From Octopus vulgaris (taxonomy: Eukaryota): a stretch of DNA of 64,000 nt. Location: positions 24,118,001-24,182,000 of the forward strand of contig OX597828.1 of NCBI GenBank assembly GCA_951406725.2. The letters are read 5' to 3'. The notes under the pieces were generated by a model. The model searched no databases. It saw nothing but the letters and a program-made list of their open reading frames with translations, and had not been told where the DNA came from. The first letter of the stretch is position 1; every line of letters starts with the position of its first letter. The position numbers and the translations under genes are program-made. Below, in pieces: positions 1-14,318 of this stretch.

Positions 1-355
1 AACAAAACCGACAACACCACCAACAACAACAATAGCACTAACAATGTAAAACATGAGTCCATAAAATAAATCCGGAATATTAAAAGCAAAATACAACCAT
101 TTATTTTCTTTCTGTAAATATTCATATAAGTCTTTTTAGTGAAGTCAGACTTAACAATACATCAGCGTTCCTTTTGTTATGCCCTATCTAATGTATTCAT
201 ACTGATCAATAAATAAAGAAATTAAAACATGAATAAGAGAAAAGAGTTTATAAATATGTATGGATAATTATATTTCTATCTTTCACTTCATATTTTTTTC
301 ATCTTCCATCTTTGTGCATCTATCTATCTCTCTATGTATCTCTTTCTTTCTCCTT

Positions 356-399
<44 letters not shown>

Positions 400-459
400 A
401 ATATGTGTGTATGTATGTATGTATGTATGTATGTATGTATGTATGTATGCATGTATGTA

Positions 460-491
<32 letters not shown>

Positions 492-987
492 CTATTGATA
501 TTACGGCAGCGGTTATTTATTTTATTGTTTTTGCTGATGAAATTATTGGTCTTACGTTATTCGTTTAGAACCACGTTAGAGAAAAAACGAGAGCAACAAC
601 GGAGTTGCAAAGACGTTTGATCTGCGATCCACAAGTTCATGGTTTCAGTACAACTGCGTGACATCGGGAGCGACGAAATGAAATTGGTTAAATGGAAGCC
701 AGTCAGATTGGTTGTATCTGAAATTGTATCTCTGTAGCTAACTTTTAGATCACTGAACTATAATCAAAGACATTGTGCTCGGGATCATCCCAACTGTTTT
801 CCTTTTACATACAGATATCATGTTCTTCCATTATCTAAAAATCCATTTTCTAAGTCAGTGGAGGAGATTCATTTGAAGGAAATAAACCCAGGATCTCTCC
901 ATCTTTATGACAGCCAACATGTGCATATATATATATACATGCACATGCATATATACATGTGTGTGTGTATATATATATATATATGTG

Positions 988-1021
<34 letters not shown>

Positions 1022-1091
1022 CATGTATGTATGTATATATAGAGATATATATAGATGCATATACATAATACATACATATATACAAAATACA

Positions 1092-1147
<56 letters not shown>

Positions 1148-1230
1148 TAAGGAAAAATTTTTTTTTTTTTAAATTTTTCCTTTCTTATCATTTCTCCACG
1201 TGCGGTCAACACAACCCCACCATTTATTGA

Positions 1231-1318
<88 letters not shown>

Positions 1319-1414
1319 CGATAAGAAAATGGAGGAAGAACAACAAGTAGAATTGTATCTTTGGTGCTAAAAAGCCATTATTTAATTAGACAAGCAAGTT
1401 GAAGGTAAGAGTGA

Positions 1415-1491
1415 GTTTATAGCTGTTTCTGTGTATTATATTGAGGTAAATATGTATTTACCTCGTTGCAAATGGTAGACGTCATCAGAAC
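1415..1491 (-). ncRNA. Degenerate type I hammerhead ribozyme in the PLE pseudo-LTR
   Basis: The minus strand reads GTT-CTGATGA-[long stem II with a GAGGTAAAT/ATTTACCTC hairpin]-GAAAC-AGCT-ATA-AAC. Stem I is GTT/AAC and the stem III loop is palindromic. A G16.2>A change breaks stem III. Confidence 0.7.
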
Positions 1492-2239
1492 AAAGAACGT
1501 AGAGATAGACAAAGAGGAAAATAGAGAGAAAGATGGAAGGAGAAATCGGGGTAAAAATGTTCAATGATTCGAGAGTCTTACATCTTAGTGGGGTTCAAAG
1601 TCCAGTATATGCATTGTAAGGTAGTTGAAGAATAGAAGTTGGTTGAATCTGAAGTCTCGTAGTTAGTTATTAGCATGACTTCCACGTGTCTGCCTGTCCG
1701 GTTAGTTGACCGCCGGTGTAATCTGAGGGTGTTATCCCTAATTAGGGATATCCGGTATGGTTAATAGGAGCTATGTGTCACTAACTTATAGGTTGTGTGT
1801 AATTCGTATATTTGCAGAGGAAGCCGTAAATAAGGGTAAAGTTTATATCTAGCAGGAGTACGATTTAGCGTGTAAAGACAAAGTATCGGAATAATATTTA
1901 GGTTTGAGGAATGCAATGAAAAGGAAAAGAAAAAGATAAAAGACGAGTAATTTAACGTGTAAAAAGAGTTGGTAGTTCTCGGCTGAAAAGGATTATAGGA
2001 AAAAAGGCAGGCTAGCGTAGAAAATAGATTAGGTATATTAGTTATTTATTGATAATGTGGGTTGAGGTAGGCTAGCGTAGGATATAGCCATTTTTATTTA
2101 TTTATAATGTGGGTAGGATATGCGTAAGCTAGTTAGGTCCAGGAAGTTTAAGTGGAGGTAATACGCTGAGAAGTAGGTCTGCTAATAACATTTAAGCTAG
2201 GAGATAGTGGTGTATACAGGAACGAACGGGTTTAAAGAA

Positions 2240-2536
2240 ACTTAGAGAATACGAATCAGCCTTTATGCAAACAAAATAATGTTTTTCAAATCTTTTATTG
2301 AGTAGAAGAGATGTGTCCATTTACATTACTATTTTCTCTATTATACAGAGCTCACAGCGCTTATTGTTAATGGTATAAGATGAAGTTTTTGCTAGGATAC
2401 GCATTTCTATACCATAGCTGATTTTCTTGTCTTTTAATTTCCAGATGTAGCTGGTAAGTCCTGTAGAGTTTGGTTTACCTCTATTTCTAAAGGGAGATTG
2501 GTGAGAATTGTATCTAGGTATCAATTCATTTTTCAT
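2240..2536 (-). pseudogene. Degraded GIY-YIG endonuclease C-terminal coding fragment of the PLE
   Basis: Motif similarity as above, with an in-frame stop at 2321-2323 and further disruption downstream. Confidence 0.8.
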
Positions 2537-2555
2537 GGTTCCTATATAAGATTTC

Positions 2556-2639
<84 letters not shown>

Positions 2640-2662
2640 GCATATATATATATATATATATA

Positions 2663-2890
2663 GAGCTCAGTGGGTAGAGCGTCGGGCTCAAAATGATGAG
2701 GCAGTGAATTCGCGGAACGGGTTGCGTTGTGTTCTTCAGCAAAACATTATTTCATGTTGCTCCAGTCCATGCAGCTGTAGAAATGAGTCGCGACGTCAAT
2801 AGTGTCAAGCTGGTCTTCCATAAACAAACTTGCCCGGACTAGTGCCTCGGAGGGTAACTTTCAAGGTGCAATTCTATGGTTATTCATATA
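2663..2890 (+). mobile_element. tRNA-headed SINE, family C, degraded
   Basis: An A-box-like GCTCAGTGG head is followed by GTGTTCTTCAGCAAAACA...TTGCTCCAGTCCA, shared with the copies at 10520 and 42555. Confidence 0.65.
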
Positions 2891-4097
2891 CAGAAAGTTC
2901 TAGAGAATACAACTGATGTATGGAATAAAATCCTCACTAAAATGGAGAATCAATTACAGAAATGAGATTCATATTGCACTACAATACCAAAATAAACATT
3001 CAAACAAATCACACATCAAAAAACTGAATATGTGATACATGTGTTGGAAATTTAAATTTACAATTCGTTTAGACGGTAAATTCTGCGTAAGCTTCCCCAA
3101 AACATATAAAGAATTGCAGAGACGTCTACAAAATATTGACTAGTAAATAAGAAACAACGCAGATGTCCAATCTGTTTTTGGTCTTGAAAATGATACAATC
3201 ATTCTGGAAGCGTTGAATCTAAATTTAGGAATTTTATTTTTTCATATTAACTGCAAGAATCTAATAGGAAAATATGAATGACCTTGAACATATTTGTGTT
3301 TTTAAAGACGTATGTGTGACTTATGTCTGTTATAAGCTCTAGGACTCATAAGGTCATACGTTAATCCGGTTAGAATGCACATAATGAATTGAGGTGGCAA
3401 AAGTCACTCTTGAACGGGACGCCAGGACGTCACCGAATTTACTCGCAGGCTATAGCTGGGACTCAGTTACAGCCAAGTGAACCAGAGCAGCGAGAACACA
3501 TCGCAATATGTCGTCGAAATATGGAAACCACCATTATAGAAACGCGAGCGCACAATGCTAACCACAAGGCTAGGCATCTTTAAAGAAATCTAGATCAATG
3601 CACATATGCATGTGTGAGTGTGCGTTTGAGATTGTGTGAATGTGTTTGAGATTGTATGCCTTTATGTTTCAGATGGTGTGTGTATTTATATGTGTATGTG
3701 TGCATGTACAATGCGTATGTGTGTGTTTGTGATCACGCACATCACTATCTGAATGAAAGCAAATTTCCTATATCATACGCTCCTGCAATTCGTCTGATAA
3801 AATTTCGTTGCGTCCTCAATCCACATAATGAGAGACTAAACGGAGCCTTCACTTCAAACGAATGACATCATGATTATACTTCGATTAGCAGCATCAGCGC
3901 TGTTAACAGCAGCAGTAGCAGCAGGGGTAGCAGAAGCAGTAGTGGTAGCAAATGTTTTTGGTGTGGTTGTTGTGACAGCAAGAAAAAAAAATGAATTCTT
4001 TCAACATGTCAATGACATGGGAGATGTTGACTACACACACACATAGATACATATACTTAGATACGAACATATATATACGCACACAAACACACACGCG

Positions 4098-4135
<38 letters not shown>

Positions 4136-4224
4136 CATATGTATATATATATCCACACATGTATATGTAAATACATTTGTGTCTATGTGTGGCTGTCTGT
4201 TGATATACATTTTTTTGTCTATAG

Positions 4225-4336
<112 letters not shown>

Positions 4337-4659
4337 TTAGATATAAATATATACGGGTGCATGTGTGTGTGTGTATTTCTGTGTATGTGTGTATGAATAT
4401 TTGTGCCGGTGTGAATGTGTGTCTATGAATATAATGTACGTGTGAGGCCGTGTGCTCATGAATATATCTGGTAAATAGAAGAAAGCGCGCGCGAGAGAGA
4501 GAGAGAGAGGGATCACGAGTAAGTGAAAGTGTGTGAGAAAGACAGATAGACAGACAGACAATCAAACAGACTGAGCCAGAGACTGATAGGGAGTGAGAGT
4601 GAGAGAAAGGATCCGAGAGAAAACAAATGAGCAAATAAATCCTATTTTGTTATGTATAA

Positions 4660-4717
<58 letters not shown>

Positions 4718-4721
4718 ACAC

Positions 4722-4765
<44 letters not shown>

Positions 4766-4940
4766 ATGTATGTATATTTATGTACGTTTACATATGCATA
4801 TATACATGTATATACATATATATAACTAAAAGAATATATGTATGTATATTTTAGTTTTATTTCTGTCTTTGTTATATATATATATAACAAATGTATAAAT
4901 TGCATATGTATGCTATATGTGTGTGTATGTATGTGTGTGT

Positions 4941-4991
<51 letters not shown>

Positions 4992-5621
4992 CATGTGTAT
5001 TTTTACATCTCCTGTTTCTCCATTTTTCGTTTCTTACTTTCTTCTGACCGTTTTTTGCTTAGAACTTATTACAAGAGCAAAAGCCATTAACTTCTTAACC
5101 TGAAGACTTGGCCTTGAAATCAAATGGCTTCGTCTACCAATTTACATTGGAAAAAGATTGAAATCCGTTTTTTCCTTTTATTTTCTTTCCTCATACATTT
5201 TTTATATTTTTGCTTAATTTTTTTTTTTCGTCCATAGAAGCATCGTTGTATCTTTATCAGACAATATTTCAGTGACATTAAGATTAATATGTCACCGTTC
5301 ACATTTGCTTCGGGAAATTACTGTTATATTTTCTTGTAGTTATTGTCGCTATCGTTCGAGATTCATGTTTTTATTGTGTTTTTCCTCTTCTTGTGGCATT
5401 AATTTTGCCATGGTGTTTTAATGATTCTTGTAGCTATTGCGGTTGTAGTCATCTACTTTCGAATTTGTATTTATCAACGGTATTTATTTAACATCTGAAT
5501 AGACATTCATTCATATATGCATACACACATACATACACACACATACACACATACATACATACATACACACGCATACATACATACATACATACATACATAC
5601 ATACATACATACATACATACA

Positions 5622-5653
<32 letters not shown>

Positions 5654-5733
5654 CATATATATTAATATGTTTATGTATGTACGTAGTTATATCTATATAT
5701 ATGACTGTATGTAACTCTATATATTTCTAAATG

Positions 5734-5792
<59 letters not shown>

Positions 5793-5803
5793 ATCATATA
5801 TAT

Positions 5804-5992
<189 letters not shown>

Positions 5993-6247
5993 CATTATAT
6001 ATATATATATATATATTACTTTCCGCTTGTGCATTTACTGTATATATGTGTGTGTGTGTGTAATCCATGCGCACACAGACTCGCTCACAAGTTTCGCATA
6101 AACATTTAATTACATATAATTAGCCATGGGTATTTACTTGCAATTGCGTTAAGAACAAAAAAGAAAATGCGTAAGTAGGCAGCTGCCAAGGGATAAATAT
6201 CAAATGATAGTTGTGAATGTCGAGAAATTCTGATAGACGTAAATATA

Positions 6248-6471
6248 CGAAGGTGTTTAACAGTCATGCTTGACCAGACTAACAAGCCGCAAAAGGTTAC
6301 TGTGAATTAAGAGAGGAGGTGGATATACTTAGAGTTATAAATATACAGTGACTCACTCTGATATTCTACATTAAAAACGAAAGAGTTGCCAGTGACATGA
6401 AATCAACGACTAGGTACATGTCTGTTGTAAAGATATGGGTATAATTACACGCACCAATAGACTCGCCCTCG
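6248..6471. mobile_element. Possible decayed mariner-derived MITE
   Basis: Ends read TA-CGAAGGTG and CGCCCTCG-TA. The interior weakly resembles a mariner C-terminus, but the TIR match is short. Confidence 0.3.
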
Positions 6472-7113
6472 TATAAATTTGAGGCTGTGTATATACGTGT
6501 GTATGTGTGTGTTATTATACAAAGACACACACACACACACATATGAAGTATGCATATCTGTGTGTTTCTTACTTTCATTTCGTCACTTCTTTCCAAAGTG
6601 GATTTATATTTTTAAAGCCCATATCATAGCGGTTCGCAAAAAACGATTAGAATAATAACCAAAATATAGCTAGTAGAGTCAATTTGTACGAGTAAACTAA
6701 TGAATGCGTTACTTCAAGATGGCTCCAATCTAACGATTTAACGTCCGAAGGATGTGGAAAATATATCTCAAAAAAATATCTCTATTCCGCAAACAAGTAG
6801 CCACTCGCTTTGTAATCTTCTGAATATATTTTCGGCTAATATCTGATAACGAACCCTCCTAAATTATTTACTAGGCAAATCATCACAAAATGAGGGATGA
6901 GGATCGTTTCAAAATTTTATGAAATATTCAAGTCTCGGTGCATTGGTGTTCACTAACACTAGTCCCGCATTAGGTTAGTTCCTCTTTACGGTTTCTCTCT
7001 TCAGAGAAGGTACAAAAGTAACTATTCGTATCCTAGTGTTATATGTGCGTATAGACGTGTGAGTTTGTGTGTGTTTTTCAGTCCGTCTGTCTGTGTATGT
7101 ATATTTATGTATC

Positions 7114-7147
<34 letters not shown>

Positions 7148-7239
7148 TGTATGTATGTATGTATGTATGTATGTATGTATGTATGTGTGTATGTATGTAT
7201 GTATGTATATATATATATATCTATGTATGCCATTTTTTC

Positions 7240-7391
7240 TTTCTCTATTTTTTCCTTCTTAATCCTTTATCTCCAATAAGTGAAGGCTCGAAACGTCGAA
7301 GTAATTTCCATTCTTCCCGAGCGTTAAATTAATACACTTGCTTGTTTTTTCTTCAGCTGTCTTCGTATTTTGTTTTCTGCAAATATGAACT
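7240..7391 (+). mobile_element. Short HHR-bearing repeat (GAGC-gtag-GCTC family), degraded copy
   Basis: GGCTCGAAACGTC...TTCCCGAGCGTTAAA.TAATACA...CTGTCTTCGT is shared with the copies at 23951, 27783, 35845 and 38243. Confidence 0.7.
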
Positions 7392-7392
7392 C

Positions 7393-7495
<103 letters not shown>

Positions 7496-7611
7496 GTGTA
7501 TATATATATATATTTACATACATACATACATACTTATACATATATATATATATGTGAAAATTAAGATAGGGGTTATGAGGGTAACCCACTATGGGATATC
7601 AGTTATCCAAG

Positions 7612-7725
<114 letters not shown>

Positions 7726-8495
7726 TATATATATATGTTCACACACGTAAATATGATGACTGCTACATTTTGCCAGATGATAGCCATCTCGCATTCAGTC
7801 TGATTATTTTTGATTTACTTTCATCCTTACACACTAACCTGTATGCGCCTCTGACTTTTCGCGGCACGCATCCATGACCATAGCATTCTGTAAAGTACTA
7901 AACGAAATACTGCTGAGACATCAGTATGTCACTGGACCTAAATGAATGAAGCTTGAGCAACACTTTTGCCAATCCCTCGGCGAACATATATTCCTATGAC
8001 AAACATTGCAACATGAGTGGTGCTATTTTGACAGCAAGTTTCATGCCGGAGTATGGTTTTCCTATAATAATTACCTTCTAAGGCAAATGTATATGCTTGT
8101 CACAAAGATATATCTTTGCGCGTGTGTATTGGTTTATTTATGACTTCAGTTGTTTGTTTGTTTGTTGTTTATTTTGTTGTTTTTTTTTTTTTACTTTAGC
8201 TTGTGATACGACAGCGATTCTACATATAAACACGTTGAAAAGTGTCCATACACATATGGACAAACACACACACGCGCTGCAATAATATATATATATATAT
8301 ATATATAGGTTTCTGCGTGTCTGTTAGTTTGCGTTCGTGGTGGTGGAGAATATGAAGCGAACGTCTGTATTTGTCAGATGTACTTTATGTGGTTTTTACT
8401 ATAATCTACTTATTTATCCGATTCTTATTTAATGAAATGCTCTTCTACTAGACGACAAAATTCTGAGAAGTTTTAACGTCTCTTCATTTCGTCAC

Positions 8496-8536
<41 letters not shown>

Positions 8537-8540
<4 letters not shown>

Positions 8541-8691
8541 TGAAGCGTCCATCTCTTCCTTGCGGAAGCTGTTGTGCGCGTCTGAAGAAGGCCACAGACA
8601 TACATTATGCATTGTTATAAATCTGTCTAATAAAGGCCCGAAACATATGTACCGCTGAATCCTTCGCATCATGTTTTTATTTTATTTTGAT

Positions 8692-8693
<2 letters not shown>
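8537..8693 (+). mobile_element. About 160-bp HHR-bearing mini-element between two (TA)n runs
   Basis: Unique sequence flanked by (TA)n on both sides that contains the HHR at 8578-8655. Confidence 0.65.
8578..8655 (+). ncRNA. Type I hammerhead ribozyme motif
   Basis: GCG-T-CTGAAGA-AGGCC...AGACA/TGTCT...GGCCC-GAAAC-ATAT-GTA-C-CGC. The core is intact, stem III is the palindrome ACATATGT, and the cleavage triplet is GUA. There is one mismatch at the base of stem I and one at the base of stem II. Confidence 0.75.
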
Positions 8694-8733
<40 letters not shown>

Positions 8734-8903
8734 GCATAGTATATACATACATACATACATACATACATACATACATACATACATACAAAACATTTATACA
8801 TACATATATAAATATATATACGTGTGTAATCTCCCCGCATACTCAACTACACACAATCATATATGCATATATATACCTATCTTCCTTTTTATTCTTTTAT
8901 TCC

Positions 8904-9318
<415 letters not shown>

Positions 9319-9377
9319 ACATACATATACATATATACATTCATCTTTATATATATATTACTCTTTTACTCTTTTAC

Positions 9378-9769
9378 TTGTTTAAGTCATTTGACTGCGG
9401 CCATGCTGGAGCACCGCCTTTAGTCGATCAAATCAACCCCGGGACTTATTCTTTGTAAGCCCAGTACTTATTCTATCGGTCTCTTTTGCCGAACCGCTAA
9501 GTGACGAGACGTAAACACACCAGCATCGGTTGTCAAGCAAAGCTTGGGGGACAAACACACATACACAAACACACACACACACACATATATATATTTACAT
9601 ATATACGACAGGCTTCTTTCAGTTTCCGTCTACCAAATCCACTCACAAGGCACTGGTCGGCCCGGGGCTATAGCAGAAGACACTTGCCCAAGATGCCACG
9701 CAGTGGGACTGAACCCGCAACCATGTGGTTGGTAAACAAGCTACTTACCACACAGCCACTCCTACGCCT
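9378..9769 (-). mobile_element. tRNA-headed SINE, family B
   Basis: Near full-length copy with the same body as 8904-9318 and 23502-23910. Confidence 0.9.
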
Positions 9770-10162
9770 ATATATATATATATATTTAGAATTTATGCGA
9801 TACAATCTCGGTGCTGTCTGCAATTGGTCTCCTTGCATCTTGCCATAGTGTAATCATCGGTCTTCTAAGTAATTACATTTAAACAATCAACCAAATGTGG
9901 CGCTGACACAAACAATGAAGAAACGCCTCCTTGAAAGTGAATAATGTTTTACTATAAACACATTATTTGTCCATATGATGCACTTGTATTTATATAATGC
10001 ACTATAACTTATTGTATTCTATTGAATTAAGTATTTCCTTTCTTAGCTCTTCGTAGTAAACTCCCGTCTCTTACTGTGTCATTTTGTTTATAACGGTACT
10101 ATATTACACCCTTGTCTTTGATTAATTTCTATATATATGACCACACACACACACGCATACAA

Positions 10163-10195
<33 letters not shown>

Positions 10196-10519
10196 CATAC
10201 AACATAGGAGACATACAAATGGTCCAAATTTTAACTATTTTTACATAGAATCAGAAAAATGACAGATTGCCTTGTACGATTTTTGAAATCGTGTGTGTAT
10301 GTATGTATATTTATGTACGTTTACATATGCATATTTACATGTATATACATATATATATAACTAAAAGAATATCGCTTGCCGTTTCCTGAGAAATAAATAG
10401 CAAATATGTTTGTATACACGAAAAGTCCAGTGTCTTTAAAGAAATGGAACTACCAATTTCCTAACTATAAGTGTTTAAAACTAACATTATCTAGGTATGA
10501 TATGATAAATAATAAATAA

Positions 10520-10770
10520 ATGCGCCCTTTTAAAGACTAGCCAGACTCATTGGCCCAGTTTCCCAGTTTCAATGGCGTATGTGCTCCCCAGCTGGACGGG
10601 ACGCCAGTCCATCGCAGCGTTACTCATTTTTGCCAGCTGAGTGGACTGGAAAAACGTGAAATGAAATGTTTTGCTCAAGAACACAACGCTTCGCCCGGTC
10701 CAGCAATCGAAACCACATTCTTATGATTATGATGCTGACACCCAAACCACTACGCCACGCGCCTCCACCT
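10520..10770 (-). mobile_element. tRNA-headed SINE, family C
   Basis: On the minus strand: GGAGGCGCGTGGCGTAGTGG (A box), GTTTCGATTGC (B box), then GTGTTCTTGAGCAAAACA...CCAGTCCACTCAGCTGGCAAAAATGAGT. Confidence 0.85.
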
Positions 10771-10829
10771 AGGTATGACATAGTATATGTAAATCTACGA
10801 AGTAAACACATCCTAGATAAAGCATCCCA

Positions 10830-11055
10830 GATAAAGTATGGGGACGTAAACCAACCAACACAACTGGTAAGCCGAGGTGGGGGTCGATCACAGACACAAA
10901 CACCCACGCACACCAACATATATGTAGATATAGATGACAGGCGTCTTTCAGTTTCCGTCCACTATATCCAGTTCTGTCTGCCAATGCCTTGCTCGCCCTA
11001 GGTGCCACGCAGTTGTTGTATTACAAACTGCTTACCACATCGACACACTACGTCT
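10830..11055 (-). mobile_element. SINE family B, degraded
   Basis: GGGGACGTAAAC...CTTTCAGTTTCCGTC...GGTGCCACGCAG segments match family B. Confidence 0.65.
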
Positions 11056-11231
11056 ATATTTATTTTTCTATACTTTCTGCTCTGAACCCAAATTATGTGG
11101 CCAATCTGGGGCAGCATCATGACAATGCCAATACTCACGTGATAAAATTCTGATAAATGAGGGAGTGTGACATACTTGCCCTAGTTTCAGATTTTCGTGT
11201 ATGTATGTAATATACATATATATATGTAATG

Positions 11232-11273
<42 letters not shown>

Positions 11274-11300
11274 GAGAAAGACAGAGAGAGAGGGGATATT

Positions 11301-11342
<42 letters not shown>

Positions 11343-11346
11343 AAAT

Positions 11347-11424
<78 letters not shown>

Positions 11425-11514
11425 CGGCATCATATGACCTTTACAAAAAGAGTATATAGTATTTTAATATTGATGTTGTGAAAAGTATTTCTTTGTTCTT
11501 TTTTCTTTTTTATT

Positions 11515-11848
11515 TGATTGTGACCATGCTGGGACACCGTCTGGAAATGGTTTAGTTGAACACATCGATTTCAGGACTTATTTCTTAAGCCTAGTACTTA
11601 TTCTATCGTTCTCTTTTGCTGAACCGCTAAGATACGGGGGCGTAAACACACCAACACTAATCGTCAATCGGTGATGGGAACATATACACAGACTCAAAGA
11701 CGCACACACATACCAGATCTTCTTACTAGGTTCTGATTTGTCCAAGTCTACAGTAGAAAACGCGTGCCCAATGTGCTACACAGTAGGACTGAACCCGGAA
11801 CCATGTAGTTGGGTAGTAACCTTCTTGCCACACAGCCACGCCTGCGGC
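11515..11848 (-). mobile_element. SINE family B
   Basis: AAGCCTAGTACTTATTCTATCG...GGACTGAACCCGGAACCATG...CACACAGCCAC. Confidence 0.8.
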
Positions 11849-12081
11849 TATTTTAATATTTCTTTCCATTATATTCTAGCATGAATAAATTGCCTTACAA
11901 CACTGAAACCGGTAACCGGATAATGAGAAATAAATTTGGTTTCTGTTTTCCATGATAAAGATCTCTGACCAATGTTTTCTTAGTTTTTCTTCAATAGATA
12001 TTTATTCGTCTGTAATCTTTTAACCTTTTATATACATGTATACATACGCACTTATACTCATATACGTGTATATATATATGC

Positions 12082-12133
<52 letters not shown>

Positions 12134-13091
12134 GTGTGTGTTTAAGCTCCCACACCAAGGCGAACATTAGAAAATTAGGTTTGTTTCTGAAAATGTTCCT
12201 CTGTTTTAAATTAAATTATAAAAACTATACACACATATGCACACACATACATTGATAAACACAAACACACACATTGGTGCACACACATATATTCTCATTT
12301 ATGTATTACATCTTTGTATGTATAGTATACTACAACCCGTATATATACATATATATATATGTATATATATGTTTGTATGCAGATAAATATGCGTGTGTGA
12401 CAAATTTTTGTAAATATATACATGTACATATGCATACATATATATATATACATGTGTATACACAAACATATATACACTTATATACGTGTGTGTGTGCGCG
12501 CATGCGTGCGATGTGTGCGTGTGTGTGTGTGTGCGTGTGTATATCTGCATGTATACGTTATTTCATAAACAGAAGGATGTACGCGCCTGAAACACTTGTT
12601 CTTGAAGCAAATTGTGGAGCTTCCATGTGGAATAATGCCAAATGCATAATATAGACACCGAGCGTTGTGTGCCTGAATCTAATGGTTTGAACAAAGAGAA
12701 TATGGTTATTCTGCTAATTTCCCTATCAAGGTATTTAGGTTTGCAAAATTGCCAAAATATAAAGAGGCATGTATTTGGCATTTCACTCCGAAATTTCATG
12801 TGTGGTGTCGGAAACGTTTATATTACAAATAGCCTCGTTGTTGTTGTTGTTCATGTTTCGTAGCCTCGTTGTCGTCATTGCTGTTGTTGCTATATCTGTT
12901 GGGTTTTTGTTGTTGTTGTCGTTGGTCGTAATGGTGGTGGTGGTGGTGGTGGTGGTGGTGGTGGTTGTGGCGGTAGTAGATTTGGCACTTGTGGTGTTGC
13001 GGGATGGTGGCTCATGTCGTGGTCGTGCCGGTTTTACGTGTGATGTTCATTGACGTAATCTTCGTGGTTATTGTTGTTGTTGTTCTTCTTC

Positions 13092-13554
13092 CAATCAGGA
13101 CTCACATCGTTAGCCACAAAGAATAATCTCTAATTCGAGCCTACTCTAAGCTATTTAGAATGCGTGTGGCAACTTGAAGATCAACCCACCTCACGCGATA
13201 GACTGGCAGTTGCACGGCGCAAAAGCTACATTCTGTAAACGTTGGCTTTTAACGGGTGGAGAGCAGAAACATCCTGGGGTACAGAAGATTCGCAATCTAG
13301 ACTAGGGTCTGAAAGTTTACCACACGATAGTGGGTTACAGCATGGTTCCTCTGCTTTGTGGCAGAAGTAGGAAGAAAGAGTGAGAGAAAATTGTGGTGAA
13401 AGAGTATAGTGGGGTTCACCCCCACCCGCCGGAGCCTCGTGGAGCTTAGGTGTTTCTGCTCAATAAACACTCACAATGCACGGTCTGGGAATCGAAACCG
13501 CGTTCTTATGACCGCGATCCCGTTACCCTAACCACTGGGCCATTGCGCCTCCAC
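13092..13554 (-). mobile_element. tRNA-headed SINE, family D (about 460 bp)
   Basis: On the minus strand: GTGGAGGCGCAATGGCCCAGTGGTTAGG...GGTTTCGATTCC head. A near-identical copy lies at 17488-17968. Confidence 0.9.
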
Positions 13555-14185
13555 CGTGGTTGTTGTTGTCATCATGATGGCGGTGGTGGTAGTGGTAGTG
13601 GTGTCCTCGCCGATGCCAGCAAAGACGATGGTGATACTGGAGACGGCAGTGACTGCAAATATGGAGTTACTGTTTTTGTTGTTTAGGCCGCCACTTACCA
13701 CTATTTGAGATGTATAACTCACCGCATCCAAAACGTTTCAAACCCGTTTCTTATTTATTTATTTAGGATATATAACCTGACCATACAAACTAGTGTCTCC
13801 TGTCGTTGCATCTAGTTTGCTATTTATAACTAGCGTTCCCCGTTTGCTACTGCAAAGTAAGCTTTCAACTATAAATGGTATACCGTCCGTGGCCACACCA
13901 TTTAATTTCTTAAAGTGTTTTAACTATATTTATGTTTTATGACATTCAATTTTGTTTTTTCAACCGATTGTCTAAGCCTTATAAGGTATCATATTCTGTT
14001 ATTCTGTCATTCCAGTTTTTTACAACTGGCATCGTGTATTTGGGGGAATTTAGCTACTACTATTAGCAGTCCCACCAATGTCATAGATATTCTATTGCCC
14101 TTTCGTTTGTCCCAGTAATACGTAGATTTCTATTGGTTAAAATGATCCCAGGCGAGATATCATTTAGTAGAATTTTGAATAAAGT

Positions 14186-14318
14186 TTCTTTTACAGGTCT
14201 TAGAAAAGCTGAAAGACCGCTGCAGTAAATATGTGAATCTGAGACGGGAATATATTGAATAAACTCATAATTAACTGATCTTCCTGTATTTTATTTTTCC
14301 CAAAGCCAACTCCCGTAC
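14186..14318 (+). mobile_element. Mariner-MITE 3' fragment
   Basis: Encodes the decayed mariner C-terminus GLRKAERPL/..NLRREYIE* and matches the interior of 38444-38657. Confidence 0.7.

Larger units (their letters stand above)
1319..2556 (-). mobile_element. 5'-truncated Penelope-like retroelement (GIY-YIG endonuclease C-terminus plus long 3' pseudo-LTR with HHR remnant)
   Basis: The minus ORF 2536-2321 (RYNSHQSPF...[12 protein letters not shown]...CELCIIEK, continuing after a stop as LLLNKRFE) matches the C-terminal half of PLE GIY-YIG endonucleases (RYxxHxxxF...LSxYIWxLK...CxLCxxEK...LLNKRxE). Both ends abut (TA)n/(GA)n, and an HHR motif lies near the 3' end. Confidence 0.85.

Noticed and set aside
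6981-7010. Minus-strand CTGAAGA-GA-GAAAC-C-GTA resembling an HHR
   Set aside because: There is no stem II and stem I is poor; chance or too decayed to support.
13829-13855. ACTAGC...CCCG..TTGCTAC resembling a Helitron 3' end
   Set aside because: The hairpin is degenerate and no matching 5' terminus was found.
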